This document shows positions 10,293 to 19,986 of a DNA stretch of 64,000 nucleotides, one piece after another. Positions within the stretch are counted from its first letter, which is position 1, and every line of letters begins with the position of its first letter. The stretch is from Bacilli bacterium (lineage in GTDB: Bacteria; Bacillota_I; Bacilli_A; ML615J-28; CAG-698): assembly GCA_050953065.1 (NCBI GenBank), contig JBMNLZ010000002.1, forward strand, positions 352,001 to 416,000, given 5' to 3'. The position numbers were made by a program, and so were the translations under genes. Under the pieces are notes generated by a model that was given only the letters and a program-made list of their open reading frames with translations, made no database searches and was not told the origin of the DNA.

Positions 10293-11048
10293 TTGGAGTT
10301 AAATAAAGAATATGAAAAACTCTATACTATGTATTTTTTTATAGGACTAGTTGGTCTTCTTTTTGGTAGTGTATTTATTTTAATTACTTTCCTTTCTTTT
10401 AGAGTTTTTTTTGATAATCCAGAGTTAGTTATAGAATATTTTAAAACAACTTCTACAAATAATATTCCTCAAAAGATTCATCTTTATTCAATGTTTGGAA
10501 CTTTAATTGCGAATGTTTTTTTAGTTTTTATTTTTTCGTTATTACTTTTTAAACCTTTAAAACATGATTTAATCAAGTTTAAAAGTAAGTGGTTAAGAAA
10601 TGTTGTAATTATTGTAGTAGGATCTATTTTAATGAAAGTAGGTTTTATTGGAGTTTGTTATATATATGAAAATTTGTTAGGAATTGATTTATCGACAACT
10701 TCACTTAACCAAGAGCTAATAGAACAAGCAATTGCCTCTCCTATGGCTTGGGCTGTTTTTATTGCAGTTGTGATAATTGCACCAGTTTTAGAAGAAATGA
10801 TCTTTAGGAAATGTTTGTTTGGAATGTTTCAAGATAGTTTTAAAGTTAACAGAGCTTTAACAATATTTTTCTCAACTCTTTTATTTAGTTTTATTCATGT
10901 TTTAGATTTTGGAAGTCTACATCTTATTTTCTTATATGTTCCATATGCTTTAGTTTTATCTTTAGCATATAGTTATAGTGATGATAATTATTATGTTCCA
11001 CTTACAATGCATTTAATTAATAATTTATTAGGGTTTTTTGGAATATGA
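10293..11048 (+). CDS. CPBP (Abi/CAAX-like) intramembrane glutamic endopeptidase
   Basis: Multiple TM segments; APVLEEMIFR, FSFIH and HLINN motifs; GGAGG RBS before the TTG start. Confidence 0.85.
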   Translation: MELNKEYEKLYTMYFFIGLVGLLFGSVFILITFLSFRVFFDNPELVIEYFKTTSTNNIPQKIHLYSMFGTLIANVFLVFIFSLLLFKPLKHDLIKFKSKWLRNVVIIVVGSILMKVGFIGVCYIYENLLGIDLSTTSLNQELIEQAIASPMAWAVFIAVVIIAPVLEEMIFRKCLFGMFQDSFKVNRALTIFFSTLLFSFIHVLDFGSLHLIFLYVPYALVLSLAYSYSDDNYYVPLTMHLINNLLGFFGI

Positions 11049-11950
11049 GTAGATATAAAAGATTAACTAAAATTGCAAGAAAAGCTTTACTGGCTGGAGA
11101 ATATGAAAAAGCAATTATAAATTATGAAGAAGCATTTGAAGAATATAGTTTATTAAATGATGTGGTTGATTATGGAATAACACAACATAAAAATAATTCG
11201 CTTCTTAAAGCATATGAAGTCTTTACTGAGATTACAGTTAAGATTCCAGAATATGCTTATGCTTATTTTGCTTTAGCAATGGTTTGTGAGGATTTAGGTA
11301 AAACAGAAGAAGCAATTATAAATTATAAGCAAGCAATTAAATATCAAAAAGATTTTAGGGAAGCATATTTTAATTTAGGTTGTTTATATGATAGATTAGA
11401 AAAAAGTGAAGAATCAATTGAACTTTATAAAAAAACATTAGAGTATGATAGCAAGCATTTTTGGGCGCATCTAAATTTAGGTGCTCATTATGAAAAAAAC
11501 TCAAAAGATGAAAAAGCATTAGAGCATATGTTAAAGGCTTACAAGATTGATAAAACCAAAAGAATGGTTAATTATAATTTAGGTGTAATTTATACTAAAT
11601 TAAAAGACTATGATAAAGCTTTGCATCATTATAAAGAAGAGCTAAATTTAGAAGAGTCTTATTATATGGTTTATTTAAATATTGCTTTACTTTATAAAGA
11701 TATTTATAAAGATTATGATAAAGCTAAACATTACTATTTAAAAGGTATCGCAACAAATAAAGAAGATTATGTCTTATGGTATAATTTGGCTTGTTTATAT
11801 GTTTTATTAGAAGAAGATGATGAAGCTTATAAATGTTTTTATTATGCTTGTAGTAAAGATGAGGCTTTGCTTGACTTTTTAAAGCAAGATGATGAATTAA
11901 TAGAATTTAGAAAAACAAAAACTTATACTAAATTATTAGAAAAAATTTAA
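11045..11950 (+). CDS. Tetratricopeptide repeat protein
   Basis: Tandem 34-aa repeats (AYFNLG, AHLNLG, VNYNLG, LWYNLA). Confidence 0.9.
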   Translation: MSRYKRLTKIARKALLAGEYEKAIINYEEAFEEYSLLNDVVDYGITQHKNNSLLKAYEVFTEITVKIPEYAYAYFALAMVCEDLGKTEEAIINYKQAIKYQKDFREAYFNLGCLYDRLEKSEESIELYKKTLEYDSKHFWAHLNLGAHYEKNSKDEKALEHMLKAYKIDKTKRMVNYNLGVIYTKLKDYDKALHHYKEELNLEESYYMVYLNIALLYKDIYKDYDKAKHYYLKGIATNKEDYVLWYNLACLYVLLEEDDEAYKCFYYACSKDEALLDFLKQDDELIEFRKTKTYTKLLEKI

Positions 11951-11972
11951 GTCACCAAAAGGGTGACTTTTT
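11949..11972 (+). terminator. Rho-independent terminator
   Basis: aagtcacc-aaaag-ggtgactt followed by Ts. Confidence 0.7.
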
Positions 11973-11986
11973 AATCTTTCTAGTAT

Positions 11987-12015
11987 TTGATTTATTTATT
12001 AAAAAAGAGTATAAT
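11987..12015 (+). promoter_or_regulatory. sigmaA-type promoter for trmFO-xerC-dut
   Basis: TTGATT-17 nt-TATAAT. Confidence 0.65.
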
Positions 12016-12038
12016 TAATATAAATTAAGAGGTTATAA

Positions 12039-13343
12039 ATGATAGTAAATGTAATTGGAGCAGGACTTGCTGGGAGTGAGGCAACATATCAATTAATTAA
12101 AAGAGGCATCAAAGTAAATTTATATGAAATGAGACCTAAGGTAATGACTGAAGCTCATCAAACAGCTTTTTTTTCAGAGTTGATTTGTAGTAATTCTTTT
12201 AGAGCATTATCAATTGAAAATGCAGTTGGCCTGTTAAAAGAAGAAATGATTAGACTTGATTCTTTAATCATGAAAGCAGCTTTTAATGCTAAAATTGAAG
12301 CAGGTGGAGCATTAGCTGTTGATAGAGAGATTTTTGCTACATACATTACCGATTATTTAAAGAATAATCCATTAGTAAATGTAGTTAATGAAGAAGTAAA
12401 AGATCTTTTAAAAGGTCCTACCATTATTGCAACAGGACCTTTAACTAGTAAAGATTTTTCTTTAAAAATAAAAGAGTTTTGTGGGGAAGAAGATTTATAT
12501 TTTTTTGATGCTATTGCACCAATTATTTTAGAAGAAAGTATTTCTAAAGAGATTGCTTATTTAAAATCAAGATATGATAAAGGAGAAGCATCATATTATA
12601 ATTGTCCAATGACTGAGGCTGAATTTGATAAGTTCTATGATGCTTTGATAAATGCAGAATGCATTACTCCAAAGGATTTTGAATTGAAAGTTTTTGAAGG
12701 ATGTATGCCAATAGAAGAAATGGCTAAAAGAGGTAAACAAACTCTACTTTTTGGTCCATTAAAGCCAGTTGGACTAACTAATCCAAAAACAGATAAAACT
12801 CCTTTTGCAGTTGTTCAACTTCGTCAAGATGATGTAGCTAAGACGATGTATAATATGGTTGGTTTTCAAACTCATTTAAAGTTTGGTGAACAAAAAAGAG
12901 TTTTTAGTTTAATTCCAGGGTTAGAAAACTTAGAGATTGTTAGATATGGTGTGATGCATAAAAATACTTTTATTAATTCTCCAAAAGTATTAAATAAATT
13001 TTATCAATCAAATAAAAGAAATGATTTATTTTTTGCAGGTCAAATTACTGGAGTTGAAGGTTATTTAGAAAGTGCTTCATCTGGTCTGGTTGCTGGGATT
13101 AATATGTCGTTATTTTTAAAAGGTCAAGAATTAATTGATTTTACTAAAGCAACATCAATTGGAGCACTAGCTCACTATATAAGTTCAGCTAATAAAGTTT
13201 TTCAACCGATGAATGTTAATTTTGGAATTTTTGATGAAGTTGATGTTAGAAAGAAAAATCAAAGAAAGAAAGAGTATGCATCTAGGAGTTTAGATATAAT
13301 AAATAAGATTAAGGAAGTGCTAGATGAAAGATTTAATAAATAA
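12039..13343 (+). CDS. trmFO: Methylenetetrahydrofolate--tRNA-(uracil-5)-methyltransferase
   Basis: [14 protein letters not shown] motif, [24 protein letters not shown]. Confidence 0.96.
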   Translation: MIVNVIGAGLAGSEATYQLIKRGIKVNLYEMRPKVMTEAHQTAFFSELICSNSFRALSIENAVGLLKEEMIRLDSLIMKAAFNAKIEAGGALAVDREIFATYITDYLKNNPLVNVVNEEVKDLLKGPTIIATGPLTSKDFSLKIKEFCGEEDLYFFDAIAPIILEESISKEIAYLKSRYDKGEASYYNCPMTEAEFDKFYDALINAECITPKDFELKVFEGCMPIEEMAKRGKQTLLFGPLKPVGLTNPKTDKTPFAVVQLRQDDVAKTMYNMVGFQTHLKFGEQKRVFSLIPGLENLEIVRYGVMHKNTFINSPKVLNKFYQSNKRNDLFFAGQITGVEGYLESASSGLVAGINMSLFLKGQELIDFTKATSIGALAHYISSANKVFQPMNVNFGIFDEVDVRKKNQRKKEYASRSLDIINKIKEVLDERFNK

Positions 13344-14229
13344 ATATGAAACATATTTAATTGTTGAAAGAAAATATTCAGCTCATACAGTGATTAATTA
13401 TGTAAAGGATGTTAATGAATTCTTTGATTATTTAAAGGGTAGTAAATTAGATTTTTTATCAGTTGGTCAAAATATTACAAGATATTATTTAGCATTCTTA
13501 AAAAAGAAAAACTTAACTCCAAGAAGCATTGCACGTAAGATGTCTAGTTTAAGATCTTTTTATAGATTCTTAATGATTGAAGGTAAGGTTGAGGCTAATA
13601 TTTTTAATGAAGTAGTTTCCCCTAAAATTGATAAAACTTTACCTAGGTTTTTATATTATAACGAAATAGATCAACTCTTTGATAGTATTGATACAGCAAC
13701 TATTATGGGAAGACGTGATTTTGCGATTCTAGAAGTATTATATGGGACTGGAATAAGAGTTGCTGAACTTTGTAATTTAAAACTTAGTGATATTAACTTT
13801 TATTCAAATCATATCAGAGTAATGGGAAAGGGCGGTAAAGAACGTCAAATCCCATTTCATGATAATGTTAGAGCAGCTTTACTTGATTATATGGATTATT
13901 CAAGAATGGATATTCAAACTAAGAATAAAAAAAATATTGTTAATGAGGTTTTTTTAAATCATAGAGGAGAGGCTTTAACAACTAGAGGGGTTAGAGTGAT
14001 TTTAGATAATATTAATCAAAAAGCAGCAACAACTCTAAATATTAGCCCACATATGTTAAGACATTCATTTGCGACCCATTTACTTGATAATGGAGCTGAT
14101 TTAAGAAGTGTTCAAGAATTATTAGGACATGTTAATTTATCAACAACTCAAATCTATACACATGTTTCAAAAGAACAGTTAAAAACTGAATATATGTTAC
14201 ATCACCCAAGAGCAAGGAGGAAAGAATAA
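13324..14229 (+). CDS. xerC: Tyrosine recombinase XerC/CodV
   Basis: [35 protein letters not shown]...TTQIYTH; conserved trmFO-xerC gene order. Confidence 0.9.
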   Translation: MKDLINKYETYLIVERKYSAHTVINYVKDVNEFFDYLKGSKLDFLSVGQNITRYYLAFLKKKNLTPRSIARKMSSLRSFYRFLMIEGKVEANIFNEVVSPKIDKTLPRFLYYNEIDQLFDSIDTATIMGRRDFAILEVLYGTGIRVAELCNLKLSDINFYSNHIRVMGKGGKERQIPFHDNVRAALLDYMDYSRMDIQTKNKKNIVNEVFLNHRGEALTTRGVRVILDNINQKAATTLNISPHMLRHSFATHLLDNGADLRSVQELLGHVNLSTTQIYTHVSKEQLKTEYMLHHPRARRKE

Positions 14230-14706
14230 ATGAGAGGTTTTAAAAAAATAAGTAAAGAAGTTTTTGAAAAAGATGGTGGCGCAAATTATGCAGGAGTTAT
14301 AATTCCTAAAAGAGCTACTGCTTCATCTGCAGGCTATGATTTTGTTTTACCATATGATTTAGAATTAGTAAGTGGAGCTAGTGCTATTATTAAAACAGGG
14401 ATTAAAGCTTATATGGAAAGCGATGAGTTTTTAATGATAGTTATTAGAAGTAGTTTAGGTTTTAAATATAATTTAAGATTAAAAAATCAAATGGGTATTA
14501 TTGATAGTGATTATTATGATAATGCTGAGAATGAAGGACATATTATGATTGCTATTAAAAATGAAGGTAATAGTAATGTTTTACTTCAAAGAGGAAGTAA
14601 AGTAGCTCAAGGGATTTTTATGAAGTATTTAGTAGCAAGTGGAGAAAAGGAAAACAATTTAAAGCGAATTGGTGGAATTGGTAGTACTGATCCAAAGAAG
14701 ATATAA
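14230..14706 (+). CDS. dut: Trimeric dUTP diphosphatase
   Basis: SAGYDF, IRSSLG, GIIDSDY, AQGIF, RIGGIGST. Confidence 0.93.
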   Translation: MRGFKKISKEVFEKDGGANYAGVIIPKRATASSAGYDFVLPYDLELVSGASAIIKTGIKAYMESDEFLMIVIRSSLGFKYNLRLKNQMGIIDSDYYDNAENEGHIMIAIKNEGNSNVLLQRGSKVAQGIFMKYLVASGEKENNLKRIGGIGSTDPKKI

Positions 14707-14779
14707 AATAAATTTAATAGAAAGAAAATTATTGATGTAGTTTATTATATAATTATTAGGTATGAAAAAAGGGGGAAAT

Positions 14780-16354
14780 ATGAACAAAATTGAAAAGGTC
14801 TTTTTTTTGTTTTTGGCATTAGTTTGTTTTTTGTTAGTGGGATGTGCTAATAATGAAGATGAAGTTTTAGAAATTATTAGTGCTACAGGTTTTGAAATAG
14901 ATGGGGCGAGTCTTTATCGTGAAGTGCCAAATTCTACGACAACATATTCATTTATTAATCAAATTAAAGTAAGTACTAAAGCAACTTGGGGATTATATAC
15001 TGATATTACAGCAAGTAATAAAATTCTTTCAAAAACTATTGATCTTTTAGTTGGTGATAATATAGTATATATTTTAGTTACAAAAGCAGATGATATTAAA
15101 TTATATAAAGTTGTAATTAAAAGATTAGCTATTTGTGATGTTTCTTTTGATACAAATGGTGGGGAAGTAATGGAAGTTCAAAATGTAGAAGAAGGTAATA
15201 TGTTTAATCTTCCAACTGTAGAACCAACTAAAGCAGGTTATACTTTCAAAGGATGGGAAGATGCAAATGGTGATACAATTGTTTTTCCTATTAAAATAGA
15301 AGAAGATATTATTATTAAAGCAAAGTGGAAAGCAAATGAAAATACATTAGTCTTCAATGCAAATGGTGGGACAGGTGAGATGGATAACATTTTTATAGAA
15401 ACAAATGGTTCTATTAAACTTCCTAAAAATGCATTTTCAAAAATTGGATATTCATTTGATGGCTGGAGTGCTAGTTTAGATGGTGAAATTGAATATTTTG
15501 ATAAAGCAAACTATACTATGGGTACACAAGAAAGTTATACTCTATATGCACAATGGGATAAACTTCCAGCACCAGAATTATATTTTGGATTAAAAGAAGA
15601 TAATACATATGAACTTATTGGTTGTGCGGTTAATCCTACTGAAATATATATTCCAAAAAAATATTTAGGGAAACCAATTACAAGTATTAAGGAAAATGCT
15701 TTGGCTAATCTTTCAAATTTAACAAGTGTAACAATGTCATCAAATGTTACAAGTATAGGATTAGGTGCTTTTTCAGGGTGTGATAATTTAACAAGCATTA
15801 TCATACCAAGGTCTGTAACAAATATGGGTAAGAATGTATTTTATGACTGTGATAAATTAAAAGTTTATATTAAAGCAGAATCTAAACCAATAGGTTGGGA
15901 TAAGGATTGGAATGCTGATTATAGACCAGTTGTCTGGGGTTATGTGAGCAATCATATTACAACTAATGGAATAGAATATGGAATTTCTTTAATAGATTCT
16001 AATTATGGTGTAACTATAACTGGTTATCAAGGATCTGGAAGAGAAGTAATAATTCCAACAGAAATTGCAGGCTATCCTGTTATAGACATAACTTCTTCTG
16101 CATTTTTTAAATGTACTGATATAACAAAAGTAAAAATTTCAAATACTGTTACAAGTATAGGGGTATGCGCGTTTTTTTACTGTAGTAGTTTAGAGTCTTT
16201 AATAATACCAAAAAGCGTTGAAAAAATCGAAGGTGATATAGTTTATAGTTGTAGTTATTTAACAATTTATGTTGAAGCAGAAGAAAAACCTGCTGAATGG
16301 TATTATGGATGGAATCATGATACTCATGATGTTGTTTGGGGATATAGGGAATAA
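14780..16354 (+). CDS. Lipoprotein: shared N-terminal beta-sandwich module, InlB B-repeats and BspA LRRs
   Basis: GGGGG RBS before ATG 14780; lipobox LVGC; 'FDTNGG...PTKAGYTFKGW' repeats; LRR_5 motifs; 'KPxxW...WN...VVWGY' caps. Confidence 0.85.
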   Translation: MNKIEKVFFLFLALVCFLLVGCANNEDEVLEIISATGFEIDGASLYREVPNSTTTYSFINQIKVSTKATWGLYTDITASNKILSKTIDLLVGDNIVYILVTKADDIKLYKVVIKRLAICDVSFDTNGGEVMEVQNVEEGNMFNLPTVEPTKAGYTFKGWEDANGDTIVFPIKIEEDIIIKAKWKANENTLVFNANGGTGEMDNIFIETNGSIKLPKNAFSKIGYSFDGWSASLDGEIEYFDKANYTMGTQESYTLYAQWDKLPAPELYFGLKEDNTYELIGCAVNPTEIYIPKKYLGKPITSIKENALANLSNLTSVTMSSNVTSIGLGAFSGCDNLTSIIIPRSVTNMGKNVFYDCDKLKVYIKAESKPIGWDKDWNADYRPVVWGYVSNHITTNGIEYGISLIDSNYGVTITGYQGSGREVIIPTEIAGYPVIDITSSAFFKCTDITKVKISNTVTSIGVCAFFYCSSLESLIIPKSVEKIEGDIVYSCSYLTIYVEAEEKPAEWYYGWNHDTHDVVWGYRE

Positions 16355-16381
16355 AAGTCATTTTGAAAGGTAAGAAAAATT

Positions 16382-16591
16382 ATGGCAGAAAGACAAGTTA
16401 TAAGAGATTTTTATAATAAAATTTTAGGTTATATTGAAGATAAAGGAAATTATTTAGTTGCAAGAAATTTCTATAATAAAATTTTAGGTTATTATTATAA
16501 AAACAGAAACGTTACAACTGATTTTTATAATAGAGTCCTAGCAAATGGAAATATACTTGCTTCTTTAATAATGAATGATGCTAATAAATAA
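16382..16591 (+). CDS. Small 69-aa hypothetical protein with three (D/N)FYN(K/R)(I/V)L(G/A) repeats
   Basis: ATG start with a purine-rich upstream region; internal repeat with 60-nt periodicity; followed by a terminator. Confidence 0.7.
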   Translation: MAERQVIRDFYNKILGYIEDKGNYLVARNFYNKILGYYYKNRNVTTDFYNRVLANGNILASLIMNDANK

Positions 16592-16598
16592 AAGATTA

Positions 16599-16630
16599 AA
16601 TAAACTCTCTTTTAAAATAGAGAGTTTATT
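16599..16630 (+). terminator. Hairpin, putative terminator
   Basis: aataaactctct-tttaaaat-agagagtttatt. Confidence 0.6.
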
Positions 16631-16682
16631 CAGACTGTAGAAAAACCTCTTTTTAAAAACAGTGCTTTTTCTACAGTCTGAA
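16629..16682. mobile_element. Mini inverted-repeat element (MITE-like or IS-end scar, possibly IS1182-type ends)
   Basis: Perfect 17-bp IR ttcagactgtagaaaaa / tttttctacagtctgaa with a 20-nt spacer, wedged between two other hairpins. The family assignment is from recollected end similarity only. Confidence 0.45.
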
Positions 16683-16708
16683 ATGCTATCCTTAAGGATA
16701 GCATTTTT
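16682..16708 (+). repeat. 27-bp palindromic terminator-like element, copy 1 (identical to 18054-18080)
   Basis: aatgctatccttaaggatagcattttt. Confidence 0.85.
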
Positions 16709-16852
16709 AATTGTTTAAAGTATAAAAAAATAAGGTAGGTAAAGATAATGACTAAAAAGTTATTTTTTAAAATTTAAGATATTTTTTTAATATTGTTTAG
16801 AAAAGGGTTTTATTGTATAATAAAATAGTATGAGAAGCGAGGAAAGATAATT

Positions 16853-17959
16853 ATGAATAAAATTAAAAAGATGTTATCTATATTACTTGTATTAATGTGT
16901 TTTTTATTAGTAGCTTGTAGGCAAAAGGAAAGTAAATATTTTGGTATAATTAATGCTATAGGGTTTGAAATGAATGGTGAAGTTATGTATATTAAAGTTT
17001 CAAATGAAACTGATGAGTATTCATTTGTTGACCAAATTACAGTAACTGATGGAGCAACTTGGGAGTTATATAGTGATATATCAACAACTGATAAAATTGT
17101 TTCAAAAACAATAACTCTTTCAATGGGAAATAACATTGCATACATATTAGTTAGGAAGGCAGATAAAACTAAATTATATCATTGTATAGTGAATAGACAG
17201 ACATTAGAATTAAGCGTTAAAGGGTATGCTGTAGATGTTACTTTAAATGATGCTGGAGATATGACAATTGAAGAAACCCTAACAATGAATTATCCTGATA
17301 ATTATCATGTAATTTATAAAGATATTATTTATGATAAAGGTCCTAGTACAATTTTAACTGATAAAGCATATCTAGATGAAGATAGTTGTAATGTTAAAGT
17401 ATATGATATGATGGGTGAATTATTAACACTTGCAAGCACTGTAGATTGTAGTGATGGAGAATACTGGGTTGGTTATTCTTTTAATAAAGATAAAGATGAA
17501 AGAGGAATTGAGATAACTTGTCCACCTGAGATTACTTCAAAAACTTCAGAATGTGATTCTATCTTTGTTTATTTAAAAGATGGTATGCCATCAGAAATTA
17601 CTTTTAAATTCACTTTTACAATAACTGGGGCTGTTACTGTTTATAATGATGTTGCTCAGTTGTATTGGACAATAATTGAATTTTTTGATAATGAAAAAAT
17701 AGATGCAAAAGTAAATATTAATTTACCAGCTAATACTTTTCTTGTTGAAGATTATTATTTGTTTGGTCATGGTTCATGTAATATAACTATTGATGAGATA
17801 GTTGAAAATGATAAAATGTCTATGAGTTTTGATATTGATGAGAATGATTTTATAGGACTTAGATTATTAACTCCAGTAGGCTTATTCCCTAATGCAAAAG
17901 AAGCTAATATTGTAGCTGCTGATAAAAAGGCAAGTATTTTAGAAGAAGAATCAGACTAG
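16853..17959 (+). CDS. Lipoprotein: shared N-terminal module fused to a DUF2207-like extracellular domain
   Basis: Lipobox LVAC; first ~115 aa are paralogous to 14780 and 21381; 'Y.VDVTLNDAGDMTIEE...GAVTVYNDVAQLYW...FGHG' resembles the DUF2207 N-domain; no downstream TM helices. Confidence 0.7.
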   Translation: MNKIKKMLSILLVLMCFLLVACRQKESKYFGIINAIGFEMNGEVMYIKVSNETDEYSFVDQITVTDGATWELYSDISTTDKIVSKTITLSMGNNIAYILVRKADKTKLYHCIVNRQTLELSVKGYAVDVTLNDAGDMTIEETLTMNYPDNYHVIYKDIIYDKGPSTILTDKAYLDEDSCNVKVYDMMGELLTLASTVDCSDGEYWVGYSFNKDKDERGIEITCPPEITSKTSECDSIFVYLKDGMPSEITFKFTFTITGAVTVYNDVAQLYWTIIEFFDNEKIDAKVNINLPANTFLVEDYYLFGHGSCNITIDEIVENDKMSMSFDIDENDFIGLRLLTPVGLFPNAKEANIVAADKKASILEEESD

Positions 17960-18053
17960 TATTATAATAGTTTATAAGAAGACTAAATTATCACTAAAAG
18001 GCAAGTTATAAGATAATAGAAATAATCTTTAATAAACATTAAAAAGTATGAAG

Positions 18054-18080
18054 AATGCTATCCTTAAGGATAGCATTTTT
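18054..18080 (+). repeat. 27-bp palindromic terminator-like element, copy 2
   Basis: Identical to 16682-16708. Confidence 0.85.
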
Positions 18081-18163
18081 TTGCCCTTGTTAGAAAGGGT
18101 GTTTTATAGTATAATATATAAGAGTAAGTAAATATAGATATCTAACTTTAGAAAGGGGACTAA

Positions 18164-19804
18164 ATGAAAAAAATATTAGATAAAACAAAAGACTTTTTTA
18201 AAAAGATATGGAACTTTATAAAAAGAGTTTCTGTTAATAAGTATTATGATTTAAAGAAAAGATTTAATATGAAACAGTTTATTGTAGTAATCGCAACAAC
18301 TATTTTTTCTGTTTTGTTTATAGTTTTATGTAATTTTGATTTTGCAAAAAGTGAATTCTTTTCAGGTTTTTTTGAAACTAATACTAGATTTGATGCAAGA
18401 GTTGTAGAAGTTGGTGATTCATTTTATGAAGATAAAACATTTTTAGAAGGTCATGATTATGATGAAGATAATTTAGTGCCAATTATTAGTTATAGAAAAA
18501 CAGTTGTTTTTAAAGCAGAAATTACAAAAGGACCAACAAAAGGAGAAGTGATAGATGCTATCCAAATTTTACATTATGCTTTTGATAGTTGGCCTGAAGA
18601 TAAAATAAAGGTTGGGAAAAAAGTAATCCTACATGATTATAATAATAGTTTAATGTTTTTCCCTAGTTTAAAAAATTTAGAGGAAATGCCTGAAGCAACC
18701 TCAGGCAAACAAATGGTTAGAGTAGTATTTGATGATAATGTTTTTCAGTATATTGAAGTTGATGATGAGGCAGTAATTCCTTTAAATGAAATAGCAATTC
18801 CTGAAAAAGAAGGATATACTTTTGAAGGCTTTTACTTAATAAGTCCATATAGTCATTATGTTGATAATACTTTAATGGTAGATGAGGAATATAGTGTAGT
18901 TGAGGATGTAACAATAGTTGCAGGTTATAGTAAAGTTTATGATTATATCTTTTTAACATATAATAGAATTATTAATGCGATTATATTAGGAATTATTTTA
19001 ATACTTTGCTTGCTTATTATTGGTGGAATAAAAGGTTTCTTAACTTTACTTTCATTGTTATTTACAGTTCTTGGTCTTTTTGTTGTTTATGTACCAGCTA
19101 TTTTATCTGCTAGAAATATCTATCTTTGGACTATTATAACTTGTATTTTTATTTTAGTTATTACAGTACTTTATGTTGTTGGAGCTAATAAAAAAGGTTT
19201 AGCAGCTATTATTTCTTGTAGTGTGGGATTATTTGTTGGTGCGATTCTAACAGTAATAGTTCGTTATGCACTTAATTTTACTGGATATAAAGATGTTAGA
19301 GAATACCAATTATTGCTTTACCTAGATACACCAACTACAATTAACCTAAGAGCAATTCTTTTTGGAGCAATAACAGTAGGAGCTTTGGGTGCACTGATGG
19401 ATATAGGAATTTCTATTACATCAGCATTAAAAGAAGTAAATGATCAAATGACTAATCCAACTTTTAAACAAACTGTAAAGTCAGGATTTGTTATTGGACG
19501 AGATATTATGGGAACAATGGCAAATACATTATTACTTGCTTACATTGGAAGTTCATTAATCTTTACAGTCTTTTTAGCATCACATTTTAATTTACAAGCA
19601 ATTTTTACAAGAGAAGATGTAGTGGTTGAGCTTGCTCAAATATTGATTGGGACTTTTACTTTATTATTAACTATTCCTGTTTCTATCTTTGTTAGTGCAT
19701 GGCTTTATAATGGTGTATTAAAAGATAAAAATAAAAAGATGGAATTAGAAAAAGAAGTTGAAATAGAAGAAGTAAAAGAAATTGAAGTTAAAACAAATGA
19801 ATAA
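18164..19804 (+). CDS. YibE/F family membrane protein with an inserted InlB B-repeat-like segment
   Basis: C-terminal 'GALGALMDIGISITS...GRDIMGTMANTLLLAYIG' YibE/F signature; internal 'IPEKEGYTFEGFY'. Confidence 0.8.
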   Translation: MKKILDKTKDFFKKIWNFIKRVSVNKYYDLKKRFNMKQFIVVIATTIFSVLFIVLCNFDFAKSEFFSGFFETNTRFDARVVEVGDSFYEDKTFLEGHDYDEDNLVPIISYRKTVVFKAEITKGPTKGEVIDAIQILHYAFDSWPEDKIKVGKKVILHDYNNSLMFFPSLKNLEEMPEATSGKQMVRVVFDDNVFQYIEVDDEAVIPLNEIAIPEKEGYTFEGFYLISPYSHYVDNTLMVDEEYSVVEDVTIVAGYSKVYDYIFLTYNRIINAIILGIILILCLLIIGGIKGFLTLLSLLFTVLGLFVVYVPAILSARNIYLWTIITCIFILVITVLYVVGANKKGLAAIISCSVGLFVGAILTVIVRYALNFTGYKDVREYQLLLYLDTPTTINLRAILFGAITVGALGALMDIGISITSALKEVNDQMTNPTFKQTVKSGFVIGRDIMGTMANTLLLAYIGSSLIFTVFLASHFNLQAIFTREDVVVELAQILIGTFTLLLTIPVSIFVSAWLYNGVLKDKNKKMELEKEVEIEEVKEIEVKTNE

Positions 19805-19817
19805 ATATTTTAAAGAT

Positions 19818-19851
19818 AAAGAATGCTTATTTTAAGCATTCTTTTTTTGTT
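19818..19851 (+). terminator. Terminator of the AATGCT/AGCATT family (copy 3)
   Basis: aaagaatgctta-ttt-taagcattcttt followed by a T-run. Confidence 0.75.
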
Positions 19852-19886
19852 AAAGAATTTATAAAAAGGTTTTTAATAATAATTAT

Positions 19887-19948
19887 ACAAAAAACCCCGA
19901 CTGATATTGACAAAAAACCCCGACTGATATTGACAAAAAACTCCGATT
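19887..19948 (+). repeat. 23-bp tandem direct repeat (2.7 copies) overlapping a promoter
   Basis: acaaaaaaccccgactgatattg x2, then acaaaaaactccgatt. Confidence 0.9.
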
Positions 19949-19958
19949 ATAGTATTAT
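19930..19958 (+). promoter_or_regulatory. sigmaA promoter of the AAA/DUF4143 gene
   Basis: TTGACA-17 nt-TATTAT; AAGGAG RBS downstream. Confidence 0.7.
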
Positions 19959-19986
19959 AAAGGTAAGAAAGTAAGGAGAAAGCGAA

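Noticed and set aside
13324-14229. Tyrosine recombinase as an integron or phage integrase driving the downstream cassette array
   Set aside because: It has typical XerC length and motifs and the conserved trmFO-xerC context. I saw no IntI-specific insertion, and the downstream hairpins lack RYYYAAC/GTTRRRY attC cores.
19887-19948. Mini CRISPR array or plasmid iterons
   Set aside because: The repeats are contiguous with no spacers, and no cas or rep gene is nearby.
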